58,482 nt of DNA from Candidatus Collierbacteria bacterium (GCA_016219325.1 JACRNH010000007.1:1-58482), one strand, 5' to 3'. Positions 27,424 through 36,592 are shown, numbered from the stretch's first letter. A program made the numbers and translations. Notes: generated by a model not told the origin, from the letters alone.

Positions 27424-28541
27424 GACGGAAAATTCAGGCCCGGCTGACGGTCAATGGCGGCGATTTCGTTTAAGCTCCGGGCAACCTCTCCTCTGTTAAA
27501 TGAGAATTGGGCTGCCATGCCTATCATGGCGGCATTGTCGCCGCTAAATTTCTTGGGGGCGGCGTAAAATCGACCTCCCGATGAACGGACCAGCGCTCCG
27601 GCTCTGCGGCGCAACTGATTGTTGGCCGATACGCCGCCGGTTAAAAAAACTGTTTTTAATCCTGTAGCCGTCATCGCTCTTTTCAGTTTCAAAAGCAAAG
27701 CATCTATCACGGTTTTCTGAAATGAAGCGCAGAAGTTGCAAATCTCTTGTTTTGACAGCTCTTTTGTTTGCCTCAAGCTGACTTTACTGATACTGTGGGA
27801 CTTATAAAGCGTCTGGATCGCGGCGGTTTTTAATCCGGAAAAACTAAAGTTTAAATTTTCCCGCGGACTTCTTTCCATCGGCACCGGTAATTTATACTTT
27901 TCCGGATCTCCGTCTTTGGCAAAACGCTCCAGAACCGGTCCGGCCGGATAACCAAGTCCCAATTCCCGGCCAATTTTATCAATGCACTCGCCAGCAGCAT
28001 CATCCAACGTGTGCCCAATCAAAAAATGTTGCATTATTAGTTTTGAGTTTTGAGATTTGAGATTTGAGCTTACCAGTTCCGTGTGACCGCCGGAGACGAT
28101 GAGACTTAAAAAATGATCAGAAAGATTAAAAAGGTTAAAAGGCTCAAAATTGTTGATGAATGGCTGACAAGATTTTCTTTGTAAGAATAAACTCGCGATG
28201 TGGCCTTCAAGATGATTTACCGGAATTAATGGCTTTTTTTGTTCCAAAGCTAATTTTTTCGCAAATTCGATCCCTGCTTCCAATGCCGGGGCCAAGCCCG
28301 GTCCCACCGTCACCGCAATGGCATTAATTTCGCCAATCGTTAACCGTGAATCGTTAAGCACCCTAGAAACAATCTCCGGCAATCGGTCTTCGTGGGCCCG
28401 GCGGGCAATGCTGGGGACAACTCCGCCCCACCTGAAATGATCTTTAATCTGGCTCCAAACAACATTTGAGAGAAGCTTGTTCCCTTCAACCACGGCCGCA
28501 GAGGTTTCGTCGCAAGAAGTTTCGATTGCCAAAACAATCAC
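27420..28541 (-). CDS. tsaD: tRNA N6-adenosine threonylcarbamoyltransferase TsaD (Kae1/Gcp)
   Basis: LAIETSCDETSAAV...VNHLEGH...SGGHTEL motifs. 373 aa. Confidence 0.93.
   Translation of the reverse strand: MIVLAIETSCDETSAAVVEGNKLLSNVVWSQIKDHFRWGGVVPSIARRAHEDRLPEIVSRVLNDSRLTIGEINAIAVTVGPGLAPALEAGIEFAKKLALEQKKPLIPVNHLEGHIASLFLQRKSCQPFINNFEPFNLFNLSDHFLSLIVSGGHTELVSSNLKSQNSKLIMQHFLIGHTLDDAAGECIDKIGRELGLGYPAGPVLERFAKDGDPEKYKLPVPMERSPRENLNFSFSGLKTAAIQTLYKSHSISKVSLRQTKELSKQEICNFCASFQKTVIDALLLKLKRAMTATGLKTVFLTGGVSANNQLRRRAGALVRSSGGRFYAAPKKFSGDNAAMIGMAAQFSFNRGEVARSLNEIAAIDRQPGLNFPS
28039..28069 (-). repeat. CTCAAATCTCAAAACTCAAA word repeat, in frame inside tsaD
   Basis: In the sense orientation it reads GCTCAAATCTCAAATCTCAAAACTCAAAACT and encodes SNLKSQNSKL. 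Confidence 0.9.
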
Positions 28542-29611
28542 TTAACCCCCCAACTTATTATTCTTTCATTATCCGATTTTCCATATTTAATTTTTATCCA
28601 AATAATAACTGCTTCGTCGTTTTGACGGCGGATAACGTTAACAACCTTATCCGCCCACTCAATCGCAATTACAGACTTGTCAGAGATTATTTTTTTAAAG
28701 CCTAAATCTTCCAACTCTTTCTCTGTCTCAATTCTCCAAACATCGATATGGAGTAAAGAGTAGGGAGTAGAGAGTAATGAGTAATGATTCATCAAATTGA
28801 AAGTTGGAGAAGTAACCGCGGTATCAATTCCCATAGCTCTGGCCAAACCTTTGACAAATTGAGTTTTGCCTGCCCCAAGCTGGCCTTCGAGAGCAAAAAC
28901 AATCGCTCTCTTGCCGGCAAACTGTTCATATTTTTGCCACATCTCTTTCCCAAAATTTTGAGTATTTTCCTCGGAACGGCTAAGGATTTTATTTTCTTTA
29001 GTCAATTTAATTTTTCCAATCCTCAAGGCCACCGGATCATCCATTGTGGTATCAATAACCGTTGAAGGTTCTCTTTTTGGAAGTCTGCCGGCGTCAACGA
29101 TTAGATCAATCAATTTCTTCTTTTTATCTGATATATTATTTAAAATATCTGAGATCTGATATGGCTTTTTCTTGTAAGCCTCGTTTGCTGAAGTGGCAGT
29201 AATCGGCCGCCCTAGCGATTTAACAATTTGTTTAACCAGCGGATACGACGACATCCTAATTCCAAGTGATCCGGTCTCCGACTCTACCCCCGCCGCGGTA
29301 AAATGTTTTCCTTTAGAAATTACCGTCAGCGGTCCAGGCAAAAATTGGCGGTAAAGTTTCTTGGCGGTGGTATTTAATTCCGCGTATTTTTCTGCCATTT
29401 TCTGATCTGCCACAGCCACAGAATAAGGCTTGCCAAAAGGTCTGGATTTATATTCGCTTAATTTTTTAACCGCTTCGGGGTTTGTAGCGTCGGCGCCAAT
29501 CCCATACACGGTTTCCGTAGGATAGATAAGAAGGCCGCCGGTCTGAAGGACGGAAACGGCTTGGGGGATAATCTTGGATTGAGGGATTTTTTTAAGTGAA
29601 ATAACTTTCAT
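28538..29611 (-). CDS. Fused TsaC/Sua5 (YrdC domain) - TsaE protein
   Basis: N-terminal half LIYPTETVYGIGADA...KSRPFGKPYSV (YrdC). C-terminal half ALEGQLGAGKTQFVKGLA...VTSPTFNL (TsaE P-loop). Start trimmed to the ATG at 29611 to avoid overlap with the HIT gene. Confidence 0.85.
   Translation of the reverse strand: MKVISLKKIPQSKIIPQAVSVLQTGGLLIYPTETVYGIGADATNPEAVKKLSEYKSRPFGKPYSVAVADQKMAEKYAELNTTAKKLYRQFLPGPLTVISKGKHFTAAGVESETGSLGIRMSSYPLVKQIVKSLGRPITATSANEAYKKKPYQISDILNNISDKKKKLIDLIVDAGRLPKREPSTVIDTTMDDPVALRIGKIKLTKENKILSRSEENTQNFGKEMWQKYEQFAGKRAIVFALEGQLGAGKTQFVKGLARAMGIDTAVTSPTFNLMNHYSLLSTPYSLLHIDVWRIETEKELEDLGFKKIISDKSVIAIEWADKVVNVIRRQNDEAVIIWIKIKYGKSDNERIISWGVK
28751..28787. repeat. GAGTAAAGAGTA...GAGTAATGAGTAATGA word repeat inside the tsaE part
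   Basis: Read directly. Encodes HYSLLSTPYSLL on the minus strand. The 12-mer GAGTAAAGAGTA is also present at 41581-41592. Confidence 0.85.
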
Positions 29612-29643
29612 AAAGATTATAAAAATTATAACCGATATGAAAG

Positions 29644-30036
29644 TTATAAATTGGAGCGGATCAACGAGGAAATTTCTGAAAGTTGTTGGCTTGTAAAGGA
29701 AAGAGGTTTTGACCAATCGGGGTGTTCTTTGTTTCTTGATTCCATTGGTAAGACGTGAACATGGGCATGAGGAACTGCTAATCCCAGTGTTCTAATCTGA
29801 ACGTAAGCGGAATTCAGGGCCTTTTTGGAGGCAAGGCTAACTTTCTTGACGACTTCAAAAAGTTTTCCAACCTTGGGAACATCATAAAAAAATTCGGAGT
29901 GTTTCTTTGGGATAACTAGGCTGTGGCCTTTTACTACTGGTCGGATATCTAAAAAAGCCAAGAAATTATCGTCTTCGAAGACTTTGTATGAGGGGATTTT
30001 GGCTGCGGCGATCAGGCAAAAAATACATTGTTGCAT
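29644..30036 (-). CDS. HIT-family (histidine triad) protein
   Basis: CIFCLI...GHSLVIPKKH...VPHAHVHVLP (HxHxHxx motif). Confidence 0.9.
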   Translation of the reverse strand: MQQCIFCLIAAAKIPSYKVFEDDNFLAFLDIRPVVKGHSLVIPKKHSEFFYDVPKVGKLFEVVKKVSLASKKALNSAYVQIRTLGLAVPHAHVHVLPMESRNKEHPDWSKPLSFTSQQLSEISSLIRSNL

Positions 30037-30068
30037 TGCTAAGTTGCTAGATTGTTAGATTGCTAATC
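30037..30068. repeat. Low-complexity 7-nt word repeat (TTGCTAG/ATTGTTA/GATTGCT)
   Basis: Read directly. Fills the gap between the HIT gene start and the rplY stop. Confidence 0.75.
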
Positions 30069-30797
30069 TTTTTTATCAGTTTGATTTTTGGTTTCCGGAC
30101 CGGGGACCGGTTTTTCAGCTTGCGGCAGTTTTCCGACAGCGGGTTTTTCGCCTTCGACCTTGACGCCTTCTTCTCCCTCAACCACGGCAACTTCAGCGAC
30201 GGGTTTAACCTCAATTTCTTCTTTCTTGGGCTCCTGGATAATCACTACCGTTTCATCTTCCGCGGCTTCAATCTTAACTTTAGATTTATCTAGATTAATA
30301 TCCTTGATATGAAGGCTTTGGCCGATTTCGGTCAATCCTTGAATGCTGATTTCCAAAAATTCCGGAAGATCGGCAGGCAGGGCTTCTACCATTACCTGCG
30401 ACAAAACTGAAACCAAAACTCCGTTTTTGTCCTTAACTGCCAAAGACTCCCCGATGATTTTAATCGGAACTTCAGCCTTAACTTTTTGAGTTAAATCTAC
30501 TTGCCTGAAATCAATATGAAGAAGGGTTCCTTTAAGTGGACTTTTTTGGGCAGAAGAAACCAGTACGGGACGGATGTCTTTTTCGCCTTCAACTTCCAAA
30601 TAAATAATTCCTGTCGCCCCTGCTTTTGAAAAAATCTTTCTAAAGTCCACAGATTTAACGGATATTGCTAAAGACTTGACCTTTTTCCCGAATACATTTG
30701 CCGGAACCAATCCCTGTTTCCTTAAAGATTTAACCTTTCGGCCAACAACGGTTCTCTTAACGCCTGATAATAATAACTTTTGTGAGCTCATTTGCAA
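30063..30797 (-). CDS. rplY: 50S ribosomal protein L25 (Ctc form, long C-terminal tail)
   Basis: R...GKKVKSLRKQGLVPANVFGK...LHIDFRQV are L25/Ctc motifs. Glu/Lys/Val-rich tail. Confidence 0.85.
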   Translation of the reverse strand: MQMSSQKLLLSGVKRTVVGRKVKSLRKQGLVPANVFGKKVKSLAISVKSVDFRKIFSKAGATGIIYLEVEGEKDIRPVLVSSAQKSPLKGTLLHIDFRQVDLTQKVKAEVPIKIIGESLAVKDKNGVLVSVLSQVMVEALPADLPEFLEISIQGLTEIGQSLHIKDINLDKSKVKIEAAEDETVVIIQEPKKEEIEVKPVAEVAVVEGEEGVKVEGEKPAVGKLPQAEKPVPGPETKNQTDKKD

Positions 30798-30820
30798 TTA
30801 AGATTATACCATGTCAGTTT

Positions 30821-32413
30821 TTAGCGGAATAAACTATCTATGGCGAACTCAACCATCACCGAATCTGATTTAACCATTGGGAATTTAAAGCTCAAATCGC
30901 CTCCGGAAACCTTGGCCTGCGGATAAACAGACAAAGGAGTAATTCCGTCGGAAAGCTTAATGTTTATTTCAGTCGAAACCGAATCTCCCGGTTGTTTTTT
31001 TAAACCCAGAACATAACTGCCTGTTCCTCTCTCAATCGGGATTTTAGAAGTTGAAGAATAAGCAATTTTTATCATTTTTGACTCGCCGGGCTTGACCTCA
31101 AGCATGAATCCGACAATATGCTGTCCCGATTCAATAAAATTATCAGTTGGAATTTGAACAGCCTCTCCATTTTCTACTGAAACTACAGACTTGACTATGC
31201 TTGAGAGAGGAATAACAACTCTGGTATAACCTCTATAGACAGAGGAAGAATTCTCAACCGTAGAAGTATTCAAATACGCCAAGTCCAAAATAGTTGAAGA
31301 CGTAGTCAGGGGGGCTATAATAACTGACGCGCGCCGGCTTTTTTTCATAAAATAATCAGCCCTGTTCGCTCCCAAATTGGAGTCAACCACATAAATGGAA
31401 TTAATCCCGCATTCTGATAAGCGAACCTGTGAAGGGCAGAGCGTTTTTTTATTTCCCCCATCAATCCCAGACAAAGACGCTATTTTAGCCTGTTCAGGAT
31501 CAAACGGAACTATAAAAATATTTTCGTTTTGCAAACCGGTCAACAAACCCTTAATGACCTGAAACGGGGAACTTTTTAAGCTTCCAGTTAAACCGGAGGC
31601 AATTTGTGAAACAAATTCAGGGCCGGAGAATGCTGATTTTTCTTTTATTGGATCTTTCCCAATCGCCAAAAGGACGTCTTCAAGTCCTGCCGTTGAAAAA
31701 AATATGGCTCCGTCTATTCCGCGCCCCGTAGCCCTCTCGTACATTTTTTTTAGTTGAACAGCGGCCCCGGGGCCGTCAATCGGCCAATTGGCATCCCGGA
31801 ACAGAAGTTTTTCCTGACCAAGCATTGATCTTATAGGCTGCGGAGCATCTTCAGATCCGGACAAAGACGCCTCAACGTCGTCAGGCCCAACCCAGGAAGT
31901 GTCCAAAAGCTTTCCTTTGTCAATAACGGCAATCCCAATTCCCTCAATCAGCCCGCCGGTCGGCCTTTGTTCCATAGAATTCTGCAGAACAATTAAAAAT
32001 GTTTTTTTTCTGTCAAATCCCATTGACCATTTTGCCAATGGCAACAATTCCCTGCCGAACGCGATCATCGTCCGGTCTTTTTCAGAAGAATCCAATTGTT
32101 TCAACAAATTGTTGGCTCTAAGCTCTATCTCAGAAAATATGGCCAGGGTGTTTCCCGGCCCTACCAGTCCTTGGGAGATTGACAAGCCGACTTGATTTTT
32201 TAAATCATGGATCAACAGATTGGATAAATATTTTTTTTCCGCTGTTTTAAAAAAAAATCCTAACCTTTCCGGCAACACCGGAGAATATAAGCTTGTTAAA
32301 ATTGACCCTGCCCGGGAAAGACCCGAGACCGCCATTAGCCCGCGCTCCGAAGGAGATAATTCCATGAGTCGATTCGCCGCAACTCTGACGCTGAATAATG
32401 ATATTAGCGGCAA
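30821..32413 (-). CDS. Secreted or membrane-anchored DUF4012-like protein
   Basis: LQNSMEQRPTGGLIEGIG resembles the DUF4012 E-x-R-P/x-TGG-F/L-I-G-S motif. 530 aa with an N-terminal anchor. Confidence 0.45.
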   Translation of the reverse strand: MPLISLFSVRVAANRLMELSPSERGLMAVSGLSRAGSILTSLYSPVLPERLGFFFKTAEKKYLSNLLIHDLKNQVGLSISQGLVGPGNTLAIFSEIELRANNLLKQLDSSEKDRTMIAFGRELLPLAKWSMGFDRKKTFLIVLQNSMEQRPTGGLIEGIGIAVIDKGKLLDTSWVGPDDVEASLSGSEDAPQPIRSMLGQEKLLFRDANWPIDGPGAAVQLKKMYERATGRGIDGAIFFSTAGLEDVLLAIGKDPIKEKSAFSGPEFVSQIASGLTGSLKSSPFQVIKGLLTGLQNENIFIVPFDPEQAKIASLSGIDGGNKKTLCPSQVRLSECGINSIYVVDSNLGANRADYFMKKSRRASVIIAPLTTSSTILDLAYLNTSTVENSSSVYRGYTRVVIPLSSIVKSVVSVENGEAVQIPTDNFIESGQHIVGFMLEVKPGESKMIKIAYSSTSKIPIERGTGSYVLGLKKQPGDSVSTEINIKLSDGITPLSVYPQAKVSGGDLSFKFPMVKSDSVMVEFAIDSLFR

Positions 32414-32490
32414 AAAAACTATGCTAACGAATAAAATTGCCAGCGCAATAATTTTTTTCGGTATTTTAGCCTGCGGACTTGCTGAAGACT

Positions 32491-33309
32491 TTATGGGTTT
32501 AATGTCATTTTTTTTTTAACTTCCGGCAACGGGTCCTCTTTTTCAATTAGCTGGCTACCTAGGGCCAATTTAATCCCCTGGACCAAATCGATTTCCGGCT
32601 TCCAGCTCAAAAGCGAAAATGATTCGTCTCTTTTTATAATTTTCTCATGCCGGGCCATCGATTCAGGATATTCCTCTCCATGCTCTTCAGACTTAAGCAA
32701 CACGCCTGATGAGCTCGCCGCCTCTACGCCAACCTTTTGGACAAAGCCTACCAAAGGAATTTCATCCTTTCCTGTCAACGCAAAATTTTTCTTATAAGTT
32801 TGGGTGGCAAAGGCAACCCGGCAAAGCGCCTCAACAGCATCATCAACAAAAATAGGAGTAATTATTATCTGATCGTTTTTAAAAGATATTAACTTCTTTT
32901 TTCTCACCCCCAAAAAAATATTTTCCAGCGCCGAACCGGATCCGCTTCCATCAAACAAGTCATAAATTGAAGCGCAGCAATAGTCAATGTCTTTTTCTAA
33001 ACATTGTTTAACTAAATTATCGCCGCAGATCATGTCTAAAGAAACAATTATCAACTTCGATTTTATTGATTCAACGAAATTTAAAACTGCTTCCGGGATG
33101 CTTTCATTATTATTGTTAAAAAGAAAAATAAATTCCAACGTTGAAGACAAGTCAAGGTCTCTGGCCCTCGGTATAACCGAACATGCCATTTTCCGGTTAT
33201 ATAAAACTGAAGATAATTTTTTGACGATATGTCCCCCTCCAATAACCGCCACTTTAATCTCTCCCTCGATTGTTTCAACCTCCATTAAATAATTTTTCAT
33301 CGCTTTCAT
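32491..33309 (-). CDS. Divergent NAD-dependent epimerase/dehydratase-like protein
   Basis: VAVIGGGHIV is a Rossmann-like start, and the C-terminal LLSWKPEIDLVQGIKLAL is typical of SDR epimerases. The catalytic YxxxK is not obvious. Confidence 0.45.
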   Translation of the reverse strand: MKAMKNYLMEVETIEGEIKVAVIGGGHIVKKLSSVLYNRKMACSVIPRARDLDLSSTLEFIFLFNNNNESIPEAVLNFVESIKSKLIIVSLDMICGDNLVKQCLEKDIDYCCASIYDLFDGSGSGSALENIFLGVRKKKLISFKNDQIIITPIFVDDAVEALCRVAFATQTYKKNFALTGKDEIPLVGFVQKVGVEAASSSGVLLKSEEHGEEYPESMARHEKIIKRDESFSLLSWKPEIDLVQGIKLALGSQLIEKEDPLPEVKKKMTLNP

Positions 33310-33318
33310 ATTACTCTA

Positions 33319-33416
33319 CCAGAATTTTTTGCGTCTGTCATTAGTTGCGAAAAATTCTGGATTTTCGGGTCGCTCTCGGGAGAGTTTTGACTACTTTCGC
33401 CAGCGAAAGTAGTCAA
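33319..33416. other. Two strong hairpins in the rnhA / epimerase intergenic region
   Basis: CCAGAATTTTT...AAAAATTCTGG (33319-33360) and TTGACTACTTTCGC-CA-GCGAAAGTAGTCAA (33387-33416). Confidence 0.6.
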
Positions 33417-33463
33417 GTTCGTTAATATTTAGGTTGTTTGATAATTATATAGATTGGCCGGAT

Positions 33464-33908
33464 TCAAAAAAAATCAGTTTCATATACGGACATTTTCGAA
33501 TCAAGCACCTGATTAACAATTTTATCAGCCATTTTATTCTGCTCCCGGGGAACTTGTTTATAAATAATGTCAATTGAAATTTTTTTTTTCCAAGTTTTTT
33601 GCTTTTATTGCCAGCATCGCCAACTCCGGAGATTTAATTTTATATTTTCCTGATAATTGGTTTACTATCAAATCAGAATCTAAATAAAATTCAATTGCCG
33701 AAATTCGCCCGGCCTGCTTAAAAAATTTATTAATAAATTCCAGCGCTCCAATCACCCCGCCGTATTCCGCCTGATTGTTAGTTCTAATGCCAAGATCTTT
33801 TCCTAGTTTGGCAATTACTTTCCCGGTTTCATTTTCAATGATCACCCCATAAGCGGCCGCCCCCGGATTTCCGCGCGCGCCGCCATCGGTATGGACGATT
33901 AATTTCAT
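33464..33908 (-). pseudogene. rnhA: RNase HI with the reading frame broken at an A10 tract
   Basis: The 33570-33908 ORF (DGGARGNPG...NNQAEY...LDSDL) stops right after a run of 10 A (33580-33589). Removing one A continues into ISIDIIYKQVPREQNKMADKIVNQVLD..., which holds the conserved C-terminal RNase H motif with the last catalytic Asp. The stop is then at 33464. Confidence 0.8.
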
Positions 33909-33932
33909 TTAATGATATTGTATCAATATTAA

Positions 33933-35141
33933 ATGAAAATTAACTATTGGCTGATACTGCTGCTGATTATTTTTTCCCCAACGCAGCTAGGGCTTCATTT
34001 TTGGCCGGAATGGAGTTTTGTCAACGGTATAAAAATTGACTATTTGGCTCCGACAATATATTTAACCGATTTATTTCTTGTCGGGCTAATCATTATGACT
34101 GCGGCAAAATTCAGGGGTTCAAAATTTCTTAAAACCCTAACCGCCATTTTTTTAATCCTCCTTTTTCTTTCCGGAAGGGGCGATGCCTTATCTGCCTATT
34201 GGTCATTAAGATATCTCCAAATCCCAATAATAACCTGGTTAATTTATGTTAACGGAAAAGATCTGTCTTTCCCAAAAGTTATTAATAAGTGTTTATCAGT
34301 CTCTTTGATATTTATTTTATTTTTGGAGGCTTGGCAATTCATAATTAAAAAATCCACCGGCTGGTGGTGGGTTTTTGGCGAAAGGTCTTTCTCTTTATCA
34401 ACTCCCAATGTCGCGACAATTGGCCTTTTAGGACAAAAATTTTTAAGGCCCTATGCCACCTTTTCCCATCCAAACGCTTTGGCCGGCTGGTTATTATTGG
34501 CTTTATTTATTTTATGGGAGAGCAAGCCTAGACGATTTTTGGCGATTGCTGGAATTTTATTAACTTTTTCCAGAAATGCGATTTTGGCAGGGTTGATTGG
34601 AATAATCTCTTATTCGGTCTTTGCCAACAGAATTTTAGCCCAATCCATTATCGTTTTTTCAGAGGATTCTTCCGCAGAAAGGATTATCCTTAATCAAGCG
34701 GCTTTAAGAATATTCCAGGATCATCCTGTTTTTGGTATTGGTCCGGGAAAATTGCTGCCGGCTCTGCCCGGATATTTTCCTCTCGGTTTCTGGAAACTTC
34801 AGCCTCCACACAATATTTATTATCTGGTTTTAGCTGAAACTGGAATTGTTGGATTGGTAATATTGGCAATCGGGCTATTATCTTTCTATCCTTTTTTGAA
34901 AAAAAATCCTGTCTTCTTTCCCGGACTGATCGCAGTGTTTTCCACGTCAATTTTAGACCATTACTGGTTAACCTCGCAACAGAATAGAATATTGTTGGGA
35001 ATTTTTTTAGGCCTGTGTTTGATCCGCGGTTTTAGGAGCGATCACCAATCTTCTGTCCCGACCTTCGCCTTCAGAAAAAGAAGTAATGTCAGATCGGGCA
35101 GAAAGCTCCATGTGGATAATTCTTCTTTCAGAAGGAGTTAA
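33933..35141 (+). CDS. O-antigen ligase / polymerase (Wzy_C-like) polytopic membrane protein
   Basis: Multi-TM protein with FSHPNALAGW and PPHNIYYLVLAETGIVG motifs. The last 135 nt overlap the convergent jag gene, so the true C-terminus is uncertain. Confidence 0.7.
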   Translation: MKINYWLILLLIIFSPTQLGLHFWPEWSFVNGIKIDYLAPTIYLTDLFLVGLIIMTAAKFRGSKFLKTLTAIFLILLFLSGRGDALSAYWSLRYLQIPIITWLIYVNGKDLSFPKVINKCLSVSLIFILFLEAWQFIIKKSTGWWWVFGERSFSLSTPNVATIGLLGQKFLRPYATFSHPNALAGWLLLALFILWESKPRRFLAIAGILLTFSRNAILAGLIGIISYSVFANRILAQSIIVFSEDSSAERIILNQAALRIFQDHPVFGIGPGKLLPALPGYFPLGFWKLQPPHNIYYLVLAETGIVGLVILAIGLLSFYPFLKKNPVFFPGLIAVFSTSILDHYWLTSQQNRILLGIFLGLCLIRGFRSDHQSSVPTFAFRKRSNVRSGRKLHVDNSSFRRS

Positions 35142-35486
35142 AAAGGGCATTTCAATTTCATTTCCTGACGCCAAAGCCCTATCGGCGGCGTTATTTGCCA
35201 TTTGTTTTAGTTGAGCCTCGCGCTGATCGCGATATCCGTTAACATTAACAATGATCCTTTCCCATTTTTCCTGGCCCTTATTGACAATCTGCCCGGTTAA
35301 ATATTGCAAGGCGCTTTGAGTTTCTCCGTGATAACCGATTAAAATCCCCGACTCTTCCTGAGGAACGGTTATGGCGGCCACAAATTCTTCTTCTTTCTTC
35401 TCAACTTCAACCGTAAAGTCGGTTATGCCCATCAGGGTTAAAAGTTTTTCTAAAACCTTTTTTATGTTTTTATTCATTTTTTCCAT
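35007..35486 (-). CDS. jag: Jag/KhpB RNA-binding protein (KH + R3H)
   Basis: ILIGYHGETQSALQYL (KH-like) and PFLTPSERRIIHMEL (R3H). Start trimmed to the ATG at 35486, which is preceded by TGGTATAAT. Confidence 0.85.
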   Translation of the reverse strand: MEKMNKNIKKVLEKLLTLMGITDFTVEVEKKEEEFVAAITVPQEESGILIGYHGETQSALQYLTGQIVNKGQEKWERIIVNVNGYRDQREAQLKQMANNAADRALASGNEIEMPFLTPSERRIIHMELSARSDITSFSEGEGRDRRLVIAPKTADQTQA

Positions 35487-35492
35487 ACGCCA

Positions 35493-35501
35493 ATTATACC
35501 A
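35493..35501 (-). promoter_or_regulatory. Extended -10 (TGGTATAAT) 6 nt upstream of the jag ATG
   Basis: Read on the minus strand. Confidence 0.5.
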
Positions 35502-35522
35502 ACCCAGCCATCCGTTTACCAT

Positions 35523-35620
35523 TCGCCTTACTCCGCCAGCTGGCGGGCGCGGCCCCGCCCGCCAACGCTTCGCCGCAAGCGATGCGGGAGGTCATGGTGC
35601 ACTCCGGCGGGGCAGGGTTA
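35523..35620. other. GC-rich structured island at the yidC / jag junction
   Basis: Locally very GC-rich against an AT-rich background. Contains the palindrome CCGCCAGCTGGCGG and, on the minus strand, an 8-bp GC stem GGCGGGCG/CGCCCGCC that shares an arm with it. Confidence 0.6.
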
Positions 35621-36359
35621 ATTTTAATTTTGTAAAATAATATTTTAGCCCGCCCGGACCGGTCATTGTCCACTGCTGGATAATTGAAAAAACAGTCGTC
35701 ATTACCCAATATAAGGCCAGGCCCGAAGGGAACTTCAGGGAAATTATTCCCGTCATCAACGGCATCATAAACAGCATTTGATTTTGAATTTCGGTCGCCA
35801 TGTCCATTTCAGACTTCTCTTCCTTAATATCTTTCGGCTTGACAATCTTTTCAATCTTGTGCGGGTGTTCCGTTCCCGGCTTCAGCATCATTGAAAAAAT
35901 TAACTGGGAAACTCCTGCCATAACCGGCAAGATGTAAAATTTATCCGGCTTTGACAGATCCAGCCACCAAAAGTTCATATTGATTGTTTGGCCATCAATA
36001 ACTCCACCGTTCAAAAAATTCATAAACACCTGATAAAGAGCAATTAAAATCACAATCTGAACTATTTGCGGCAAACATCCTGCCCCGGGATTAACCCCGT
36101 GCTGTTTATAAAGTTCAAGCTGGGCTTTTTGAAATTCTTTTTTGTCGGTATGGATTTTCTTAAGCTTGTCCATTTCCGGCTGAAGCTTCTGAAGCTTTTG
36201 CTGAACTTTCATTGCCGGAATGGTTAAGGGGGCAGAAAGCAATCTTATCGCAAAAGTTATGCCGATAATCGCCCAACCGAAAGATTCGCCCAAAAGGTGA
36301 TAGAAGAAAATTAAAGACAATAAAATTGGTTGATATAAATAGGTATTAAATAAGGCCAT
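35592..36359 (-). CDS. yidC: Membrane protein insertase YidC (short, Gram-positive-like form)
   Basis: YQPILLSLIFFY...AIIGITFAIRLLSAPLT...GCLPQIVQIVILIALY motifs. Located in the rnpA-yidD-yidC-jag operon. Confidence 0.9.
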   Translation of the reverse strand: MALFNTYLYQPILLSLIFFYHLLGESFGWAIIGITFAIRLLSAPLTIPAMKVQQKLQKLQPEMDKLKKIHTDKKEFQKAQLELYKQHGVNPGAGCLPQIVQIVILIALYQVFMNFLNGGVIDGQTINMNFWWLDLSKPDKFYILPVMAGVSQLIFSMMLKPGTEHPHKIEKIVKPKDIKEEKSEMDMATEIQNQMLFMMPLMTGIISLKFPSGLALYWVMTTVFSIIQQWTMTGPGGLKYYFTKLKLTLPRRSAP

Positions 36360-36365
36360 AATAAA

Positions 36366-36584
36366 TTATTTTGGAACCGGGTCAAATCCGCCGCTATTCC
36401 AAGGATGACATCTAAAAATCCGATTTAACCCTAAAACCGATCCTCTGATGATACCATGCCGGACAATCGCCTGTTTTACATATTCTGAACAAGTAGGGGA
36501 GAAGCGGCAGGGAGAAGGGAGGCCTAAGCAACGTTTAAATTGTTGATAAGCGTCGATCAAAAAAATAAATATTTTGGAGAGCAT
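36366..36584 (-). CDS. yidD: Membrane protein insertion efficiency factor YidD
   Basis: [10 protein letters not shown]...[14 protein letters not shown] is the signature motif. 72 aa. Confidence 0.93.
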   Translation of the reverse strand: MLSKIFIFLIDAYQQFKRCLGLPSPCRFSPTCSEYVKQAIVRHGIIRGSVLGLNRIFRCHPWNSGGFDPVPK

Positions 36585-36592
36585 GAGAATTC

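Noticed and set aside
26044-28069. Possible CRISPR array suggested by the many short repeats
   Set aside because: The repeats are 6-14-nt tandem words without unique spacers of 25-40 nt, and most are translated in frame. No cas genes are present.
30060-30312. Plus-strand ORFs antisense to the rplY tail
   Set aside because: They arise from the repetitive Glu/Lys/Val-coding tail of L25 read on the opposite strand. No start context or motif.
35371-35709. ORFs 35371-35640 (+) and 35494-35709 (-) across the GC-rich island
   Set aside because: The translations are Ala/Gly/Arg-rich, which is a product of the GC-rich hairpins. They overlap the jag and yidC ends, so the region is better explained as a structured non-coding insert.
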